Source: Vicugna vicugna (taxonomy: Eukaryota). From it: a DNA stretch of 29,320 nucleotides. The notes under the pieces were generated by a model, which was not told where the DNA came from, did not search any database, and saw only the letters and a program-made list of their open reading frames with translations. A program made the translations under genes and the position numbers. The DNA lies in contig MU058788.1 in assembly GCA_013265495.1 (NCBI GenBank), positions 124,001 through 153,320 on the forward strand, given 5' to 3'. Positions 23,060-29,320 of the stretch are shown here, piece after piece (positions within the stretch are counted from its first letter, which is position 1; the number at the start of each line of letters is the position of its first letter).

Positions 23060-24393
23060 TAAGTGCTCAGCCAGCCGCTGCCGGGCCGCCACCCAGGGCC
23101 ACTGGCTCCCTCACAGCCGGTCCCTTTTACCGTGAGGCTCATTTTTGGGGTTACTCTGGGCATCTGAGCACGTGCTGGATCTTTACAGGGTCCCGAAACA
23201 AGGACAGTTCCGAGGCACGTGGCCCTGGAACTTGCCCTGAAGGAAGTGAAGGAACTACCTGGGATCAGGTCCTCGTCCTTCCGAGGCTGTGGGTTGCTGG
23301 TCAGAGCCTGAGAGTCAGCAAGAGAAAGTTGTGTTACGGCCCTTGTGTCCCTAGCATTTGTCCTTTTTAAAACCTGTTCCCAGAACGTAATTCTCCATTG
23401 TCCATGCCTCCCTGGGAGGAAGATCTAAAGTCTTGCTTCTTGTAATGTTCTAGAGACTAGAAAGGGGAAAGAAACAGCCCGGCAGGATAGATGTTCAACT
23501 GAGCAGAAACACGGAGGCGGGAGGGCCGGGGCCATCTCCCCGCTCCATGTGCTCCGGGGAAGGGCTTCGCTCGCACCCTTCCTCTGGTTCCTTCACGAGC
23601 TGGGATGTCTCAGGACCCTCTCATGTGCATTTTGTCACCACCCATCAGGGAAGCGCCATGTCCATCACCCTCACTGCCACTCTGCACCCAGGGCCTGCTA
23701 GTGAAGCTCTTTGATTGGGAGGCTGTTCACATCGGGGGCCCCAGGGGGTTGGTCTGGTTTTATTAAAAGGTAAGGAGGGCAGCTGTTTTTCTGGGTGCCT
23801 GCCAACCCTCCTTGCTCACCCGGGGACCTTGAGAGTCGTTCATCCATCGTGGAAGGGCATGTGGAAGACACTTCCACCGTGACTCAGATGCTGTGCTGGG
23901 GTCCTGGGGTTCCATGCGGAGGAGTCCGTCCTGCCGGGGCTGGTGGGGAGGTGGCGGTGACGGGGCAGTGGGAGTTGAGGGTGTGCAGTGCTGCCCTCGG
24001 ATGGTCTGCCCCAGATCAGTGCATCCGGGGCCCAGGTGAGTCCTGAGCCGGAGGACTCCGGGCAGGAGGACAGGGACCAGCCATGACACGCAGCCCTGGG
24101 CCTCCGGAGGGCCAGCCGGGGGCCCTGTGTCTCTGGGTGCGAGTTCCAGGGACTGGGGACGGGTGAGCTGAAGAGACGAGAACCGCCAGGCTGCACAGGG
24201 ACACGCGTTAATGTTTGGCTGTGTTTTCTGTGTTTTTAGCTTACGTCGAAGGAAGATTGTCCACTTCTCTCCTGCTTTCTGGGGAACTTTGTGCCTCTCC
24301 CTGCTCTTAATAGCATTTTTGGGTTCTCGTCAGCTCTGTTTACCCAGAGCAGCTCCCAGATGTGTAGACGTACAGTTCTTTCAGACCTGGGAA

Positions 24394-24415
24394 TGTGTGT
24401 GTGTGTGTGTGTGTG
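24394..24415. repeat. (TG)11 microsatellite
   Basis: Perfect dinucleotide run. Confidence 0.95.
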
Positions 24416-25169
24416 AGTGATATAATAATGTTTTATGATCGATATATAAGCATACATACCATACGTGATACCAAGAATCTCATCATTTTTCTAAATCCAG
24501 CCCAGCAGATGGTCTTTGTGTAATATTTCCTGTAACCTGCTGGGCTCCTGGTCAAAGTCAGCATGGGTAGCTGGTAGGTGCCCTATGCAAAGTAGCAGGT
24601 GCTGAGCTGGGATCCAGGGACCCCCCGGGGGCCGTGGTGGGCACTGGGATGCTGGGAGGTTCCTTAATGAAGCTGTGTGCACAACCACAGGGTGGTACCC
24701 ACCCTCACGTCTGCAGAGGCGGAGCCCAGGAGCCCAGCTGCATGCGTCCCCACTGCCCTTATCCCCAGGCTGACTGGATCCTCTGCACCCAGTGGAGGCA
24801 CTGAACGTGAAGGTTGTCCTCGCTGCGTGGAGAAGAATGTTCATAACTTGCCCAGTGATGAGGAGCAGCTGACGTGAGGCGAGAAAGGGTCAGGACCGCT
24901 TTTAAGAGGGGCGTGGCCTAGCTCAGGAGGGTGGGTCTACTTCTAGCAGAACCTAGCTCAGAAATCTTACCTGGTGCCTGGAATCAGCCGCTTGGAATTA
25001 CACCTCCGTGAGATGCAGGAGCTGCACTTCATGTGGTGGTTTAGGGGCTGGTTTTCCTGCTGTGACTTTCCCTTAGAGCCGAGAGAAAAGGCTGTCCTTT
25101 CTCGCGGCTCATCCACGTGTGGGCTGGGGTTCTGTCTCCATAGCCAGTCCCTTAAATGTCCCCAAAACC

Positions 25170-25212
25170 ATATATATATGTATGTATGTATGTGTGTGTG
25201 TATATATATATA
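25170..25212. repeat. Compound (TA)/(TATG)/(TG)/(TA) microsatellite
   Basis: Directly visible alternating purine-pyrimidine tract. Confidence 0.9.
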
Positions 25213-25677
25213 TTTTCTTTTTTTCAGTTTTTGAAATATGCATTTGTCCAAACAGATGTTTGAATATCCACCCCGCAGTGGGCTGTGTTTAGGTGGCTTT
25301 AATTTTAGTTCCAGCTACTGTGTGATGTTCATTTGCATGTGTTAAAGGAGCAGCTGGCATGCCTTCCACGTTGGTTGGATTTGGGCTAAATTAAAGTCTC
25401 CCCCAAAGTCATTTGGATGCCTGGAGCCGAGCCAGTGTCCTGTCCTCAGAGTCTAAGCTCCAGAAGAACCAATAGCATTGAATGTCAGGTTAAGGAGATC
25501 AAGTTACGGCTTTGACTACCCCCCCAACCCCCCCAGTAGATCTAATAGATGCTGAAGCACTTGACCTTCCTATGTAAATACTGTATTTTTTTTTGGCTCT
25601 GCAATATCTCCCTTTGTGGAGACCTATGGAAACGCTTGCCCGATGGAACTCAGCCTTCACTCGTGATGAATCTGAAA

Positions 25678-26166
25678 GCAGTGCAGATGGAGGTTAATTA
25701 AGATCAGGGTTTCGGAGTCATGTAGACTTTGGTTGAAATCACAGACTCTCCAGTTCCTAACTCTGCCGCCTTTGTCATTTATGAGATGATGTAACGTTAT
25801 GACGGCTGGTTACTGTGAGGGTTAAACGCAGTGTTCCTGAGGTCTGGCTCCTCCTCCCCTGAGATTGTGTTCAGACACCCCCCAACCTTGTTCCCCAGGA
25901 GCGCGGCTCCCAGCCCCACCCCAGCACCCCCAGCCCTCTTCCCCGCTTGATTGATCCCTGTGATGCCCCTCTCCGCCTACACCCCATGTGTCTGGCTTCT
26001 GCATGCGTTCGTCTGAATTTACTCGTGGAGCAGTGGTTTCCATCTGGGATCGTCATTCTGACAACACCTGGCACTTGATAAACTCAGTATTTGTTGAGTT
26101 GTTGAGTTGAGTGAATGGCCTGGTACAGTGTCTGGCATACAGTGAGTGTCCAGTAAATCATTAACA
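25678..26166 (+). mobile_element. MIR / L2-tail composite relic
   Basis: MIR-like 25678-25827; L2-like 3' end CCTGGCACTTGATAAACTCAGTATTTGTTGAGTT..GAATG near 26066-26117; MIR-like 3' end ACAGTGTCTGGCATACAGTGAGTGTCCAGTAAAT at 26126-26160. Confidence 0.45.
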
Positions 26167-26194
26167 CATGAAGAGTCGGAAAAGAGCAAGGAGA

Positions 26195-26299
26195 GGGGCG
26201 GGTTTAGCTCAGTGGTAGAGCACGTGCTTAACATGTGGGAGATCCGGGATTCAGTCCCCAGTCCCTCCATTAAAACAAATAAATTAATAAATTTTTTTG
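26195..26299 (+). mobile_element. tRNA-Ala-derived SINE (Vic-1-like)
   Basis: TTTAGCTCAGTGGTAGAGCACGTGCTTAACATG...TTCAGTCCCCAGTCCCTCCATT plus A-rich tail; TSD AAAGA(G/A)CAAGGAGA at 26181-26194 and 26300-26313 (13/14 identical). Confidence 0.88.
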
Positions 26300-27206
26300 A
26301 AAGAACAAGGAGAACAAAAGGGAGATTTGTAAGCAGTAAATAAGGGAGGTCACACAAACCCCAAGGTGAACCACAGATAACGGTTCTGTGCTGGGTTCTC
26401 CCAGGACTGGAAAGTGACACTGGTACAATCTGCCCCTTATTCACTGTTCCCTGGGGCAGATCCAAGGAGTCAGGGGTTGAGAGCCTTGCAAAAACAAACA
26501 AACAAACAAACAAAAACCTGCACACTTCGGAGCTATGCTTTATTTACCTTTTTAAGTATATAACAAATACCGTGCGAAGAAGACACATTTACACTTAGGA
26601 GGACGTGTAGAAAAGCGCGCAGTGAGTAAAATACTCAATATGACACACAGCAACTATTAGACTCTCTTAAATCAGAAGGACGGCAGAACATCCTGTTCTT
26701 GAAAATGCGATTTCTCAACACACACATCCCCCAAAAGTGTCTGTCTACCTTGTTTAATGTTATTTGAAATTTCAAAGAAATTATCATGACTTAAAAGCAC
26801 ATGAAGCCAGTGGGGAATTTGAAGGTGCTTTTTCAGACGGTTCATTCCATCCCCCGCTCACCTCGGGGAAGCTGTCATTGTTGCCCTGGCAAAAAATAAA
26901 AGGGACGCAGCATTGAAGGCGATGGGAGGCTGTCTGTGTGTTCTGAAGGCGGAGCCGACAGGGTGTGCTCACGACCAGGCGAGGAACAGGCCCCCGTGAG
27001 CTGGAGGAGGCTGTGAGCCGGAGCCCGCCTAGGGGACGGGTCAGAAGTTAAAATTCAGACCCGTTGTAAAGTTCAAGATGCTCTAGGCATCTAACGTGGT
27101 CAGGTCTGTTTTGTAGGTGTTTGGAAATGTGTCAGGAGAAGGTCTTGTGGGAATGAGAATTTGGGAGTGTTCGGTGTACAGGTGTTATTTAAAACCGTGA
27201 GAGGGA

Positions 27207-27398
27207 ACCAAGTTCATACCTTATATAGCACAAGGAACTATATTCAGTATCTTGTAGGAACTTATGGTAAAAAAGAATATGAAAACGAATGTATGTAAGT
27301 TCCCATATGACTGGAGCACTGTGCTGTACACCAGAAATTGACACAACATTGTAAACTGACTATACTTCAAAAAAAAAAAATATATATATATATAAAAT
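27207..27398 (+). mobile_element. Short L1 3' tail in sense orientation with poly-A/(TA)n tail
   Basis: Reverse complement of the 10577 copy; ends GACTATACTTC-A12-(TA)n; approximate TSD AAACC(G/C)TGAG at 27192-27201 and 27399-27408. Confidence 0.87.
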
Positions 27399-27617
27399 AA
27401 ACCCTGAGCTGGGACATTGGGACATTGTCCCCCTGGCAGGGAGGAGAGAGGCCAGGGGCCGAGCTCTGGATGCTCCAGCACCAGGTCCTCAGCCTCGAAT
27501 GTAAAGCCAGGGCTGCCTTGGAGTACAGTCCCACACGCAGACGGCTCCCGGCCTCCCCTGGTGCCAAGGCCCCAGGCAGAAATGCTCTGCTGCTTGATTC
27601 AGATTCAGTTTTTTATT

Positions 27618-27681
27618 ATTTAGATTTAGATTTAGATGGTTTAGACTGAGATTTCGATTTCGATTTGGATTTCGATTTCGA
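27618..27681. repeat. Imperfect hexamer repeat (GATTT[A/C/G])n
   Basis: ATTTAG x3, an interruption, then ATTTCG ATTTCG ATTTGG ATTTCG ATTTCG. Confidence 0.85.
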
Positions 27682-27741
27682 GTAGGGACATCATGAGGAG
27701 GTGATGTCTCCTAGGAGCTGACTCAGAGGGCTGGGTGTGGT

Positions 27742-27757
27742 TGTGTGTGTGTGTGTG
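27742..27757. repeat. (TG)8 microsatellite
   Basis: Perfect dinucleotide run. Confidence 0.9.
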
Positions 27758-28112
27758 TCTGTGTTTGCCCAGGACTGCATCTGATGGGAAAGTGAAGGCT
27801 GAAAGTGGAATGGGACCCGGGAAGGTTACGGAACACGATTCTGTTGGCCACAGAGATGGCTTACTCTGAAGTGGTTTATATAAGCAAAATCAAATAAACC
27901 CTTCAGGGGAGAAACCCTATCTTGTTTTCTTTTTTCCGCCTCGGCCGACACTGTTCCTTTTCATTTAGTTATGTAATAAGTCCCTTAAAAACGAGGACCC
28001 CATGGTAAAGGAACAGATTTCCTTCAGGTTTCAAAAGTTAGATCATCAGAAAGCTCCTCCTTGTGTTTCCACCCTTTCCTTTTATCACTGAGTTAAAAAT
28101 GAAGGGTTACGA

Positions 28113-28258
28113 GGGGAGGGGACAGCTCAGCGGCAGAGCGCGTGCCTAGCATGCGCGAGGTCCTGGGTTCAGTCCCCAGTCCCTCCATTAAAAAATAAAT
28201 AAATAAACCTAATTACCTCCCCCCAGCAAATAAATAAATATTTTTTTTAAAAAAAAAA
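28113..28258 (+). mobile_element. tRNA-Ala-derived SINE (Vic-1-like), long form
   Basis: tRNA head with A box and B box (GGTTCAGTCC), (AAAT)n, CCTAATTACCTCCCCCC and a second A tail; TSD core GAAGGGTT at 28101-28108 and 28259-28266. Confidence 0.9.
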
Positions 28259-29320
28259 GAAGGGTTTTAAAACATTTCTGTGTCTGAAACCCAAGTGTTG
28301 CTCCCGAGACTGGGGCTGGCTGGACCGTGTCCGCACCAGGGTCCTCCTCCCGGAGAGAACTCTGTCTGAGTCCCCGCACCTGATCGATGTACCTGGCAGC
28401 CTTTCCATCAAGAGCAGATTGTGTTACTCGGTTTATAAATTACAGTTGTAAGGTTTGGCTCGGTTTCGTTTAGAAGAATGACTAAAAGACTTCGTTTTGA
28501 CCAGTTTTTTCTAAAGATGTCTGGCTTTAATGCAGCGCAGAGATCAGAACTGCTGAGGGGCTATTTTTTTTTAATATTATTTTTTAGAAAATTTCAGCCT
28601 GAGGGCAGACACTTAAGTAACGGGCTGTGCGGTTCCCCGCGGTGGGATGTCAGCGTTGAAGTCAGTCGTTTTAAAAGAGCGAGCAGTTCGTCAGGCTTAA
28701 ACGTTGTGGGCAGGGATGCGGTCCAGACGTCTCATTGTTACTCGGGAAGAGTAAACACTGCTGAAGCCAAGGAAGAGTTCGCAGCGTCACCTCGGCAGCT
28801 CGGCGTGAAGCTTTGAAGTCCTAGTCATTGTGAGCGCCAGGGTCCTGTTTTCCGGAGACCAGAAGGTCCAGGGAAACAAGAGGAAGCCCAGCGCCAGAGG
28901 GTGTCCCCGCCCCTTGTTGGTGGCTCCGTGAGTGGGGGTCTCCTCCCGGGGGCCCAGGGCCTTGTTTGTACATCACATCTTTTTTAGGAAAATAGTGTCA
29001 CAGCCGAGCCTCCGTTGTGGCCGAGGCTCCACCTGCTCCTGCCTCCGCTCTGCGGGGCTCACTGAGCTCACCGCCCCCCGGGCCTGGCAGACCCTCCCCC
29101 AACCTCTGATGTCCCCCCGGACAGGGTCCCGGTGAACGAGGCTGGATGGATGTCAGCAGAATACATACCTGTTAAAGGATTTGTGCTCAGATTGCAGCAA
29201 GAACTCTAGAACAAACCTGTTAGAAACGGGTAAAGTCGGAACAGAGTTGGCCAAAGACGATACACAGATAAGAAGTAAGGCCACAGGGACATACTCAACA
29301 TCATATCATACAGCATTAGG

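Overview
Mammalian genomic DNA, not microbial. The window lies inside the GALNT2 gene (polypeptide N-acetylgalactosaminyltransferase 2) on the + strand. It covers the end of intron 1, coding exon 2 (3166-3259), a 19,645-bp intron 2, coding exon 3 (22905-23058) and the start of intron 3. Exon numbering follows the human gene as I recall it. Four tRNA-Ala-derived SINEs of the Vic-1 type point to a camelid genome. The rest is mostly transposon archaeology: a solo ERV1-type LTR with a 4-bp target-site duplication (TSD), a near-full-length decayed antisense L1MC-like LINE carrying three younger nested insertions (one with a twin-priming inversion), further L1 tails, MIR/L2 relics and microsatellites. 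Nearly all ORFs in the supplied track are spurious or L1 remnants. I see no new multi-gene system. The best leads are splice-related hypotheses: exon-2 read-through into a hydrophobic tail followed by AATAAA, an in-frame alternative acceptor 21 nt before exon 3, and inverted L1 tails bracketing exon 3.
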